Of a stretch of 64,000 nucleotides of DNA, positions 1 to 12,082 are shown one piece after another. How positions within the stretch are numbered: position 1 is the first letter of the stretch; the number at the start of each line of letters is the position of its first letter. The notes under the pieces were generated by a model. The model made no database searches. It had not been told where the DNA came from and was given only the letters and a program-made list of their open reading frames with translations. The stretch is from Tubiluchus corallicola. Taxonomy: Eukaryota; Animalia; Priapulida. Position numbers and translations under genes: made by a program. The DNA is taken from positions 434,001-498,000 of the forward strand of contig JAQGDQ010000112.1 in assembly GCA_030141605.1 (NCBI GenBank), in the 5' to 3' direction.

Positions 1-734
1 GTTAGATGTATCGGTTTTGCCATTCTAGCCACATCAGAGACGTCTTGTGCCTCTGGTGCATCATATGAAGGAGGAGGTTGATAATCTGGCTTCAATGCTC
101 GTGGCGGTACAGCCGGTATTTGTTGCGGTACTAATGCTATGTCTGTTAGGCTCACTTCTGACGACGAGGATCGTGACTGGTCAACTTGGGCTTCCTCTGC
201 TGCCTGTTTTTCTCGTTCCCGTTGCAAAATCATTTGCCATTCCTTCTCTTCTTGATACTTCTGCCTTTCCAGTTCTTTCTTCCTTTCCTCATCCAGCTTT
301 GCATTTTCTAGCTCCCTTTGTTTTTCCAATTCTGCCTCTTTCTTTTTTCTTTCAGCTTCCAAAGCAATACGCTCCTCTTCCCACCTTTGTTTTTCCTCTT
401 CATACTTTTCTAACAGCATCAATTTGACATCCTCAGCTTTTGGAAAGATTTCCTGCAACTTCTTTTTGTTCTGTGCTCTGTCTTGAGGCGTACACTCTTT
501 ATATGAAGGGTGCTGTGGCAATTTTTCAACAAAGAGTGTAATAAACTTTGAATACAAAACGAAGGCATTTTCCAAATTTCCCTCGTCCAGATATACATTA
601 GCCATCCTCACCATTTCTAAACCAGAACGAAAATACCGTTTGGGAGGAATTCTGTTGTCAACGTCAATCATGCTGGCAGTGGTTGCAAGATGGCGTACTC
701 GCCCGCGTGGATCACTAACATCAATAGTTGGCAT
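1..734 (-). CDS. STAMBP: STAM-binding protein / AMSH deubiquitinase, N-terminal part (MIT/USP8-dimer domain, coiled coil, proline-rich linker); runs off the window
   Basis: Open minus-strand frame from ATG at 734 to base 1: MPTIDVSDPRGRVRHLATTASMIDVDNRIPPKRYFRSGLEMVRMANVYLDEGNLENAFVLYSKFITLFVEKLPQHPSY. This matches the AMSH RYFRSG..M.RMA..Y..EGN.E.AF.LY.K.ITLF.EKLP.H motif. It is missing from the ORF track because there is no stop in the window. Likely 5'UTR intron at about 756-858 (GTGAGT donor). Confidence 0.9.
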   Translation of the reverse strand, partial: MPTIDVSDPRGRVRHLATTASMIDVDNRIPPKRYFRSGLEMVRMANVYLDEGNLENAFVLYSKFITLFVEKLPQHPSYKECTPQDRAQNKKKLQEIFPKAEDVKLMLLEKYEEEKQRWEEERIALEAERKKKEAELEKQRELENAKLDEERKKELERQKYQEEKEWQMILQREREKQAAEEAQVDQSRSSSSEVSLTDIALVPQQIPAVPPRALKPDYQPPPSYDAPEAQDVSDVARMAKPIHL

Positions 735-1797
735 ATTGTTTAATTCTATTTAACCTTACAGAAATCACAAAGTTAAAACAATAAATCACATAGAGCGAGT
801 TTTACAGTAAATCCTAAAAATTTTCACAAAATCGCAAAAAATCATGAACATGACTCACGCTCGCTACACTAAGGGAAATCTTTATAGCCCGTGAATGGGA
901 TGCACGCACGCAAAACAGGCGAGACCATAGATACGAAAAATGTGACCTCAGTATGTCTCGTTAACATTAATTTATTTCAATTTTTCTTTATCCTGATTAA
1001 TAGAGTCCTGTTGCTTACAGAATAACCAGTCAATTACTGATTTAATGCATTCAATGTATATTTACCACACAATTATTGTTTTGCTCCATTATGTTCTTAT
1101 TTTCCTCGGGCAGATACATTAGGCAAAGGAGATAAATATGAAAGTAATCTCATCTAATTTTACATCCATAGAATAATATAAATAAAATTTGTAACAGTTG
1201 AATTCGTAGCAGATTATTAGCAATGGCTTTCTCTGCCAATGAAGGCACAATATGCAAAGCACCTTCACAGATAATATTTATGCCATAACACATCCGAGCT
1301 CATTATATGAATGATAATAACCAACTTTTTATGGTATTTTCTTTTTTTAAATTTAGTAATATTATTTAAAAATTGACAATAAATTGGTAGCAATTTTCCT
1401 AAGTTTACAGTTAATGTCAGTTTTCTTGCTTCATACCTTCATCATGATCATTAGTAAAACGACATCATTACTAATATGAAGGATGTTAACAACCTCAAAA
1501 AATAAATTTAACAAAAAATAAAACAAACTTCAGCACTTAAGTGGTAGTATCCTATAACAGCTCCTCTTTCTTGATAATGATGATGAAACATAGTTTCATT
1601 GACAACACTGATTTTCTCATTTACCAAACACTGAACAAAGTAATTGAACTCGATTCCTCTTAAGGTAAACTTATGTTACGATACCTTGCAGCAAGTAACA
1701 ACAAGCTTCCAGCAACAGCAACAATCTTTCAGTCAATTTACAGCAAACCTTCTTTACTCAAAATAGTACATATTAATTAGACTATTATCAGCATTCA

Positions 1798-4700
1798 TCA
1801 AAATTTGCACATGAGATTCACGATCTTCTCTAGTGCAGTTCGAGCCTCTGAATGTGGAAAACATCGTAGGACATTTAAGGCTTGCTCAGCACGTTCTGTA
1901 CACAGGCGTTTAGTGCGAGTAACAGCAGAACTGGAAGCAATCCTTGAACAAAGCTGAAAAATACATAAAAATTTTGACGAGGTTAGTGAAACTGAAGAAA
2001 GCAGTATTCAGGCACTTGACTAAAACAAGGACTGGGGATGCAATTTGAAATGATACTTAACTGATACTTAAGTATTAAATGGCCATCCCTGACTACTAGC
2101 TATTGTGTGACCAAGGGAAGTTTTCCGCTTGTAAAAAACAGTCTATCCAGCTTATGTTTAAGCTTTCTAATGTGTACCTCACGCATTTATTTGATTAGAA
2201 AACCTACTAAGAGAAATTCAGCCCTTGCAGAACTCAGAAATTATTCCAGTTTTAACAAACAAAAATGGCACATTTTTTCTTATAATGCCAGATCACTCAG
2301 TTGGCATGAAACAAAAAATTTAAAAAAACAATAGAAACAGCAGCAACAAGAAAAACTACAACGATGTTCATTTAGTTACATGTCTGTTAGAGTTAAAAAA
2401 CGATGTAACTGCTACACAGCTAAGCAAAATTATTCAGCATTAAAGTGTCAAATGTTTCAAGATAAGGAAAGACTCATGGAGTTTAACGTTTAATATTATT
2501 TTTGGAAATTGTAGTGACTCATACATATAAAGGCATGCAAATGTAAAAAAAGGAAGTCATTTTCTCTGAAAAAGGCAACTCTCTGGCAAGACATCAGGAA
2601 GGCAAACTACAAAAATAACTCAACTATAGTACCTGTTTATGGTCAGAAGTGCTGTCAGGAATAGGCACATCTTCACTGCTTTGTGAATAATAAATATATG
2701 GTACAGAGTGAGCACTTACAAGTCCTTCTTGTGAAGTAAATGGTTGCAAATCCATATGTAACTAAAAGAAAATGATACTTAAGTTGTTATTAAGCTTTTG
2801 ATGGCACTAGTTTATTGACACGCCTAGTACAATGTGATATTGTTGCTATTTTTGGTATGTAACAATGCACAAAGCGTGAACGCCATCTACTGACAAAAAT
2901 GAGGAACTTTATTAAATTTTAGATACAAGTGTAAACCTTGTCTTATCACATATATTCTGACTAAACATCACGACACATGACACAGTCCACTTCTGATGCC
3001 AGAAGATCTATAATGAATTACCATTCAGAATTAGTACATAAACAGAACATTTGGAGATTTGTTGTTTTTTCCATAGATAATATACAGTTCTCAAACACTA
3101 GATACAATCATAATTAAAATACCTAAACAAAGACAATTAAAATGAGGTGACACGTATCTTTTTACATGAAACATACCCATGCAAATTTACTTGGTTTCTT
3201 TATTCTCTGAATAATTAATTCACGAAAAGCTTTAACAAGTGGACTAACATTCTAGTTATGTCACAACATGATCTATCCAATTAAGTCTTTTGCATATAAT
3301 CTTCCTCATCAATTTGTCTTCTTTCACTTTGTCATATAAATTTTTATTTCTTATCACTTTACACCATTTTATCTCTAGTAATGATTTTTATATATAAATT
3401 TCAATTTATATAAAGTCTTTATAAATATTTTTGAAAAGCATCAATCACTAGTTGATTATTTAATTCCAACTGTAAAAAGACAAAAAAAAACAATTAGTGA
3501 AAACCTACTTGGTGTACATATGCAATATTTTCTCCAAAATCATGAGCAAGTTTCTGCGTTTCCTCATTGTGACCGACAAGCATCATGGCTGCAGAACAAC
3601 CGTTGGCAAGGAGACTAGCAGCAGAACGGTGCGTACACTGAAACCAATCTTCGATCGTGAAGCCAGGAGTCGGCAAGGGCCGATTTAACAAATCACGGTT
3701 AACCATAAATTCAGCTTCCACCATATGGCCGATGGATTGCGATATGATTTCTACTACCTAAAATCGCAAAAGATTTTTTGCAACTTCGAATATATGACAA
3801 AATTTTAACAAAAAACTGCAGAAAATACAATTGCACATCTCATTAGATTAACAAAACATAAGCGCAGTGAAACTGAAAATTACAGAGTAAAGAATGAAGC
3901 ACTTTTCACGATTCATAAGTATGAAGTACAGCATGTAAAATGGAAAAAACATTGATAATAAATTTTACTTTTCATCTCTTAATTTTTTTCTAATTTAAAA
4001 AAAACTAATTTAAAACATTACAGCAGTTAATAAACTTGGAAAATGCATTGATATCTTTAAAGTGATCTGCAGTATCAGAACTAAGAGCAAAAAGTTATCA
4101 TATTTCACATTCAAGGAGGCAACATTGAACACAAAGATCAACATTTTACATTTGAATAGCTAGCTACCTTCGTATTTCGTAGTTTTGCTAAGCCGGTTGA
4201 TGCATTTGCTAATAAGAAATCACCGCCAAGAATTGCCATCTTGTTACCAAACTCCATGTCTGACGGGGGGCCTACATCATGAGGTAAAGAATGGATGTCG
4301 ACTACCCCCTTATGTACAAGGTATGCCGTGTGAATCACTTCAATAATTTCTGCTAACTGACGCTGACTGCAAGAAAACAATACTGTATCACATTTGAGGA
4401 GCAATTGTTACTTGAAGTATGACTTTTATCATTTTTGCCAAAATGTTTTTATATTAAACTATGTATATTAACCACAGATACATCGCCCTAAATCTGTGGA
4501 CAAGCAAGGGCTACCGTATCAAGAACATTGAATGGAAGAGGTCGAGCTTTGGCACAGCTAATGAAAGAGAGAAAAATGGATGCGTTACGCGTTCAGGAAA
4601 CGAGATGGACAGGAAACAAGGCCAAAGAACTAGGTGATGGTTTTAAACTGATCTATGGAGGAGCAAACAAGCAAAAGAGAAACGGCATAGGAATTATCCT

Positions 4701-7700
4701 GTCTCCAACCTTGAAAGACTTGGTTATAGAAGTGAATAGGAAAAATGATCCTAAATTGTGGATTCGTCTGGCCATTGAGGAGTGTGGATTGTGCATATTT
4801 AGCGTGTACGCACCACAAACAGGATGCTCAGAGGAGGAAAAGGAACAATTCTGGCTGGACCTACAGGAAGAATGGGAAAAAGTAGATGTGAGTGATAGGT
4901 GCATAGTTGGAGGTGACATGAACGGACATGTAGGAAGTGGAAATAATGCAATAAGACGGATTCATGGTGGAAATTCATATGGAGAGGGAAATGAAGATGG
5001 AAACAAAATAATCGACGTGGCATTAGCCTTTGACTTGGTGATAGGAAATACCATATTTCGCAAGAAAAATGAACGCCTAATAACCTACCGTAGGGGGATA
5101 GAGAAAGCCAGATAGACTTCCTACTCTACCGACGGAGAGACATCAAAGAGATAAGAAATTGCAAGGTTATACCAGGAGACCACGTAGCAGCACAACACCG
5201 CCTGATGGTTATGGATCTCACCATAGCTGTTACGAGTAGGCAGAAAAGGAAAGTCATGACGGAGAAAAGGATTAAGTGGTTCAAACTAAAAGAGCAGAGC
5301 CTTAAACAACTCTTTAAAGACAGATTGCTCAGAGAGGTGGACTACGAAATGGAAGAAATAAACGAATGGTGGAACAGGCTGAGAGAAAATATTATAAGGA
5401 CGGGAAAAGAAGTCCTCGGGGAAAGTAGTGGTAAAATATGGGAAAACAGAGAAACATGGTGGTTTGGAGAAGAGGTGTAGCAGAAAGTAAAAGAGAAGAA
5501 AATGGCAAAGAAAAGATGGGAAGAAACCAGGTTGGACAGGGACAGAGAGTATTACAAACAGTGTTGCAAGGAGACGAAAAGAACTGTAGCTGTAGCAAAA
5601 GCGGAGGCGTATGACAACCTTTATGAAGAGCTGGACACCAAGGAAGGACAGGGGAAAGTTTTCAAGTTGGCGAAGCTGAGAAATAAGAGTACAAAGGACA
5701 TTAGACATATAAGGCAGATCAAAGATGAAAGGGGGCAAGTAATACGAAAAGAAAGCGATGTCCTGAGCAGGTGGAAGGAATACTACGAGAAGCTGCTGAA
5801 CGAGGAAAATGAAAGACTGGTTAGGGATGATGGAGAACCGAATGAATTGGAGGTAACAGGGGTGACAAGACAGGAGGTGGAATTAGCATTAAAGAAAATG
5901 AAAAATGGCAAATATGCGGATGACATCGCTATAGTGGCTGAGAGTAGAGAAATACTGGAAGGAAAATTAGAAGCATGGAGAGCCGCTTTGGAGAGCAGAG
6001 GAATGAGGATAAGTAGATCCAAAACGGAGTACCTTACGACAGACATGAATGGGGACCAACGAGAAACAATAAGATTGAACGGGGCAGAGTTGAAAAGAGT
6101 AAAGACCTTTAAGTATCTAGGTTCAATGATAGACGAGACTGCAGGAATGGAAAAGGAGGTGAATTTCAGGATTCAGTGTGGTTGGAATAACTGGCGAAAA
6201 GTTTCAGGTGTGATATGCGATAAGAGGATTCCAGCGAGACTTAAGGGTAAAGTTCACAAAGCAGTGGTCAGACCCGCCCTAATATATGGGCTGGAAGCAG
6301 CACCTCTAAAGAAGACCGAGGAGAAGAAAATGGATGTGGCGGAGATGAGGATGCTGAGATGGATGGTGGGAGTAACAAGAAGGGATAAAATCAGGAATAG
6401 TAATATTAGAGGAACAGTGAAAGTAGTGGAAGCCTCGAAAAAGATACAAGAGGCAAGATTGCGATGGTATGGGCACCTGAAAAGAGGAGTCGGGGAATAT
6501 CACGTGGGAAGGGAGGTCATGGAAATGGAAGTGCTGGGAAATAGAAGAGGACGACACAAGCTGAGATGGTTCGAATGTATTAACGGAGACCTTAGAGAGA
6601 AGAACATAAATGAAGAGATGGTCAACAACAGGAATGTATGGAGACGACTTATTCACAACGGCGACCCCGCATAGGGAAAAGCTGAGAAGAAGAAGAAGAT
6701 GTATATTAACCAGAATTAAAAAAATATCATTAAATCATCTTTCATGAAAATAAAATGAAATAAATAAACAAGAAACCTCTAAGTTTACGGCAAAATATAG
6801 GAAAACAATTACAAACATAATACCAATGACAATACATGAGTGACAAAAAGGACATATTAAAAAGTACAATATTACAATAACTTATGACAATAATCAACTT
6901 TTATAATGGCCAATTAACTGAAGGCACTAAAAACTTTCGTGTTAATCAGGATTCAAATGCAGAACCATGCGAGTTTTTATCACACCATGTGCAAATTGAG
7001 ATTATCAGCCAATCTTAGAGGCATTACCACTAATCTCTTTTAGCAATTATAGCTCAAATATAAGTTTTAATAAAACAATTAATCAACTGAAATAGGATTT
7101 TACATTATTTTTTACTTTGTTTAGATAATATTCCTGTTTATATTTACCAGTTGTTGTATAGTTAAAACCCCACCACGTGATGATGGAGTGAACTGTTTCA
7201 GCCAATTAGAGCCATTTATTTAAACTATTTAGCAGGCAGTTTGACTCAAGCTGGTTTAAAGATAAATTTTAGGGCAGCGGTAGCTATAGCATTAGTGGCA
7301 AAGCCGACATTCACTCAAGCCACAAAGCAACAGCCAAGACAAGCAAGTTACTTTCATAACTGTATAGCAAACAGAAATACTAAGCAGGTTTTTCAATGTT
7401 TTGGGCTGCACTGGCTGAACATGAACAGCAAAAAATCCCAACAAATAACCAAGTGACATCTATAAATATAAAACCCCTTAATATTAGGTGAAGAAAGACA
7501 GGCTGATCTCATTCGTGGACATGTCTGGATAAACAACAAACGATATTATGCAAGCAATTAGAATACAAGTTATGTTGCTCCAGAAAATTTACTAAAAGTT
7601 TCACATGCAAGCTAAGAAATTTCGATATCTAAATGTATAAAAGCATGATTATGTATATAAGTCCAATGTAAGGCTTTGGTAAATATGCATTTATCCAACA

Positions 7701-8516
7701 ATTTTCCTGGTCACTCTCGACTACCTCGATTTAACAACACAAGCCATGCTCACAAACACAAATTACACAGCACTTCTTAGAAAAAAGCAAAAGCGACATA
7801 CCTATGTGTGATTCCGGCAACAGTCTCTTCATGATCGACACCATCAATAAGCTCTTGTTTTCCCAATCCTGCAGCTTTAGAAATAAGCAGGACTATCAAG
7901 CCTCTAGTCTGCAATCCATGCTTGCCATCATAGATCAAATGCCTAAAACAATCAAAGTTAGTATTTTATTAATATGTTGCATTCTATGCATATCAAAATA
8001 TGCTTAATCTAACACCTCTTTTGGGAATCGGTCTCATTTCTATAAACAGGAGACAGACCTTCAAAATGACAGACAATGAACTAATGAACAAATATAATAT
8101 TTTCTAGTGTTGCATCAATACAACATTAGGTTTCTGATATTAGTCATTATGACTAAAAAGTTAAGACTAAAGTCTAGGAATGTAGCAATTTTACATTAAA
8201 AAAACAATTAAATACTATACTTTGCTGTTTGTAACAATGGGTGCTGTGTCCCAACCAACTTCCTTACTTGAAGGGCAACGTTTGAGATCTCATCACTTAA
8301 AAGACAGCGGAGATTAAGATAGGAGGTTGAATAACCAACAACCTTCTCTGCTTCTGAAACAGTTGATTTCCAATCAGAATTTGAAGATGTCCCCCACAAG
8401 CTTATGCCCTTCCTTGTCGTCTGACAAACGCTAGGCCTCTCAGCTTTACAATTCGCTGCCTGTAGTTCCAATACATTTTTTGCTAAAATCCTTCTCATCA
8501 CTTTTGATGAAAACAT
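1798..8516 (-). CDS. PDSS2: Decaprenyl-diphosphate synthase subunit 2 (non-catalytic subunit for the CoQ side chain), 6 coding exons
   Basis: Exons 8516-8221, 7942-7802, 4366-4168, 3757-3509, 2761-2633, 1953-1798; all GT-AG and phase-consistent. Motifs [63 protein letters not shown] (no DDxxD, typical of PDSS2) and [17 protein letters not shown]. Confidence 0.93.
4475..6698 (+). mobile_element. RTE-clade non-LTR retrotransposon, internally deleted, in PDSS2 intron 2 (antisense to the gene)
   Basis: APE endonuclease motifs ([29 protein letters not shown]), YADD, and the RTE C-terminus (RLRWYGH). It ends in a (GAA)n tail and has a perfect 14-bp TSD ATGTATATTAACCA at 4461-4474 and 6699-6712. 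One frameshift near 5095 and a TAG at 5478-5480. Confidence 0.95.
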
Positions 8517-9339
8517 GATAAAATCCCGAAAGACTTTGATTAACTACTCATCTAAGTAGTATCTGATTACGCTGTGTTTCCATATTGGACAACAAGTAAT
8601 TTATAGACAAATAATAACAGAGAAAACTCAAAATGAATAAAGCATCCAGAGAAGATCGGAGGGATAAAAAGCAGTCATTTATGCTTAACTCCTATCCACT
8701 GCGGTAAGCTGTAAGTAAAACAGAAAATTAACCACAATTTACTAACTAAATGCATGCTGTATCTGGTAATACAGGTAATCTTCAATCTATGAGCTATCAT
8801 GAAAGACAAACCAATTTTATCAAACGCCAGTAAAAAAGTCGGAATGAAAGAAAAAATCAAAAACAAAATTGTTAATGAGATAGAAAACGGACGCAAAAAA
8901 TAGTGAATACCACCACAAAATTAAGATTTTTTTAAAGAAAATCAACTGCGCCTGAATAAATACGTAACGAAATCAAGTCCCTCAGATATTAAAAATTTGT
9001 GTTGAGGCTAAATATGGTCTAGGTTAAGCTAAATTACGAGAACTGGTTTATAAATGATTTTTATGTGTAATGTGTAGGAATGAACAAGGCAATACAGAGC
9101 ATTTGTTTTCATGTAAAACGTATGAGAAAATCACAGCAAATTATACAGAAGGAGTTTAATGATGTTACAAATGATTGTAGTACTGAAAAACTTTTGAAAG
9201 CATCATGGTTTATACAATACTGTCTGTGCTATAGAAAAATACGACAGGTGGGGACATGAATGAATACTGTGATAATGATTGATATTTAAATATGCGGTGT
9301 TTGAAGCCTTTGCAAACGATTGTCGTTTGCCCATATCAG

Positions 9340-9440
9340 ACGGAAGGGGCGCGAAAAATCACGGAAATCACAGTCGCCAGTAGATGGCACATCGCAATCG
9401 GTGCTTTAGTAATTTTTCTATAGCACGAGGTTTGAAACTC
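9340..9440. promoter_or_regulatory. Putative bidirectional promoter between PDSS2 and MYCBP with E2F-like and CTCF-like motifs
   Basis: Locally CpG-rich patch between divergent starts (8516 minus, 9536 plus). GCGCGAAA at 9349-9356, CCAGTAGATGGCAC at 9377-9390, and TTTGAA (CHR-like) motifs just downstream. Confidence 0.5.
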
Positions 9441-9535
9441 GTTTGAAGAATTTTTAACAAAGGCACTGTACATAGTGCTGTAGCAACTGTAAATAAAATA
9501 TCTTCACTGTTGTGAAATCAAACAGTTTGTGATCG

Positions 9536-12082
9536 ATGGCAGCGTCTTATAAGGTTTCTTGTTTTATCTCAATCACTGGATTAAGCCAACTACTGTTGAA
9601 CTAGTATTCATACTATATAGCCTAGGTCTATTTACTGTATCCTGTTAGCCTGAGATAGCCTGTAATACTAGATGCTGTAGATAATGTAGTAAGGGCTGAG
9701 GCTATTGCTACAGTATCAGTAACAGTCACGGTATCCTATAGCACGTCTATGTTGTAAAACTTAATTATATTAAGCTATATTAAGGGTTGAGTGAGTATTC
9801 TCAGAGAAACTACATTCATTATTTCTTCACAAACTAAACATCATTGCAAAATTTGAACTTGTGCTTGAGTGGAAAAATAATAGAAAATAGAAGAGTGTGT
9901 GAGAGAGGAAGGAAGTGAAGCAGGCATTGCCACTGCAAATGATATATGCAAATAAGTTCAAATATTTTTCATCCATAGAATGCACTGACTCACTGGTTGG
10001 TTAAAATCGTGTTTGGATTCCTGTGATATCCCTGCCTTGTTGTTTTAATTAGGAGATCAATAAAAAATGTCTGTTTATGTCTTTTATGATGATTACTATT
10101 ATGATGAGAGACTGATGAATGTCTTAAAATGAGAGACTATTTTGGCCTTTTCAGACATTTGAATAGCGTATTTAATATACAATGATTTTTTATACTACAT
10201 TTTATAGCCAAGTTAATTTTGCCTTATTTTTATCAGGTAGCAGATTCGAAGCGTGAGGAGTATCGAAAGTACTTGGAAAAGACGGGTGTGATTGATGCAC
10301 TAACTAAAGGTCAGTGTCTCTGTGACTCAATTAATGAAGTTATATAAAGTTCTTATCCTATAATTTCATTTTGATAGTTTTAAAAATTTCTTTTTAAAGC
10401 AGAAATGCTGGCTTAGTTTTCAAATGATTTCTGAATATTTATAATTTTTATGAGTGTGTTCAGGTGATGAAAGAATGTTTATTGCTATTTATTTTTTGTC
10501 ATTTTCAGTTTTGGTGATGTTGTATGAGGAACCTGAGAAACCAGAAAATGCATTAGAGTATCCTTTTTATTTAAAAATATTTACTCTGTAGTGAAATGAA
10601 AGACATGCGTGGACATTTGTATTTCTTCTTAAAACTCATTCACCATTTTCCTTGTATTGCAGTTTGTTGCATTGGCTTCATAAAAAAAGAACTTATTACA
10701 CCCTTCTAGAGACACTCACAATTTGTTTGAGACCATGAACTATCTTGCACATTTGTGAAATGTGATTTTTGACCTCATCACCTAAGTACTGGTAACCTGG
10801 AAGTTTTCCAGTTTAGCTCACACAACTGTTTGAATGTCACAGCTGGGGGGGGGGGGTATATAACGAGGTTTGTATTTTCCTGACCTAAATGTGCACAGGT
10901 TTCTGCAGAAGCATCTAGGCATTGCTGGTCCAGAAGGACCTGTGGTTGAAGACATGAAATTAGAGATAGAACAGCTCAAGCAGCAAGTTGAACAGCTGCA
11001 ACAGGAAAATGCTGATCTCAAAGAAAAAGTAATTATATAAATTTAAATTATAAATGAATCTTTAGTTACTGAGTAATACTGACCTGTAGTTGGCAATATA
11101 ATTGGATCAGTGCCAATAGGTAGTACCAACTCGTTGTTCTTCTACTAAGATTGTAGATTATACTTTTTGGTAGGTTATTGTATCTAGAATGTAGATAATA
11201 GAAATGGTGATCCAAGTCAAAATGAAATGTGTAGCTATGGAAAAGGTGTCATATCTGACTCAGTGATTTTCTAGACTGTGGTAAACATGTAACATTGTTT
11301 TGATGTTTTTTCACTATTATTTTCATAATAATAAGGCCCAGAAATTACTATGATTTCTAAAGGTAGTGGTTAATCTGTAATTTCCACATCGTGGTTGAGC
11401 TTGTCCAGTTGACAGTTTTGCTTATTAATTTAGGGTGGTTTCTATCCTATTACAGTGATATTCATATTTTTTCAAATGTTTTTTTCACTTTACTGTACAA
11501 TTGTACAATGCAGTATTAAGCATATCTGCACCAGACTCGTTAAAGCCCCCTAAACCTCTTGAATGATGTTTCAGTTTTTTATGGAGCAGAGGAAGACATG
11601 AAAGTGCTTGCATATTTACTTTTTAGAACTGTAGGGCTGATTGTAAGGTGCAAACTCACTGTTTTGTTCAAACCAGCTTGTTTTTGAGACATTTGTAGCA
11701 GATGAAATTATTTTAATGCTGCTCCAGTTCTAATGTGGAGCTTATGAAGTAACTTTTTCTGACCACCTTACTTTATGAAGTAACACCACAGGTCTCGTCC
11801 ATCAAACAAGAATAGTTACTTCCACTATTTATTCTGAATACCATATGATGACTTAGAACGAAGTTTTGACCATGTGTTTTAGTTATACTTACGTTTGTGT
11901 TTCCACACCTGTATAACATCACACAGTAATTGAAACGAAGTGATGGAGCAATCATCCTTGGTTATTTCTATTTAGTACTTGCTTTACCCGCTGCTTAATC
12001 TTAACAATTTTTACAGCTGCAAGCCGCTACGGGTGAGACGGAAGGTGGAGAGGCAGCTCAAGTGGCAAACGAAGGATCGTAA
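9536..12082 (+). CDS. MYCBP: c-Myc-binding protein (AMY-1), 5 coding exons
   Basis: Exons 9536-9553, 10237-10309, 10509-10557, 10899-11028, 12017-12082 give MAASYKVADSKREEYRKYLEKTGVIDALTKVLVMLYEEPEKPENALEFLQKHLGIAGPEGPVVEDMKLEIEQLKQQVEQLQQENADLKEKLQAATGETEGGEAAQVANEGS*. DSKREE.RKYLEK.GV.D.LTKVLV.LYEEPEKP is the MYCBP signature. Confidence 0.95.
10558..10898 (+). other. U12-type (minor spliceosome) GT-AG intron, MYCBP intron 3
   Basis: 5' splice site GTATCCTTTT (U12 consensus RTATCCTTT). Branch-point-like TTTTCCTGAC at 10875-10884 lies close to the terminal CAG, with no polypyrimidine tract between them. Splicing here keeps the frame. Confidence 0.9.

Noticed and set aside
47-427. 126-aa hydrophobic plus-strand ORF
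   Set aside because: It is the antisense shadow of the E/K-rich AMSH coding strand.
4630-6656. Several minus-strand ORFs inside the RTE element
   Set aside because: Antisense shadows of the purine-rich LINE ORF, with no recognisable motifs.
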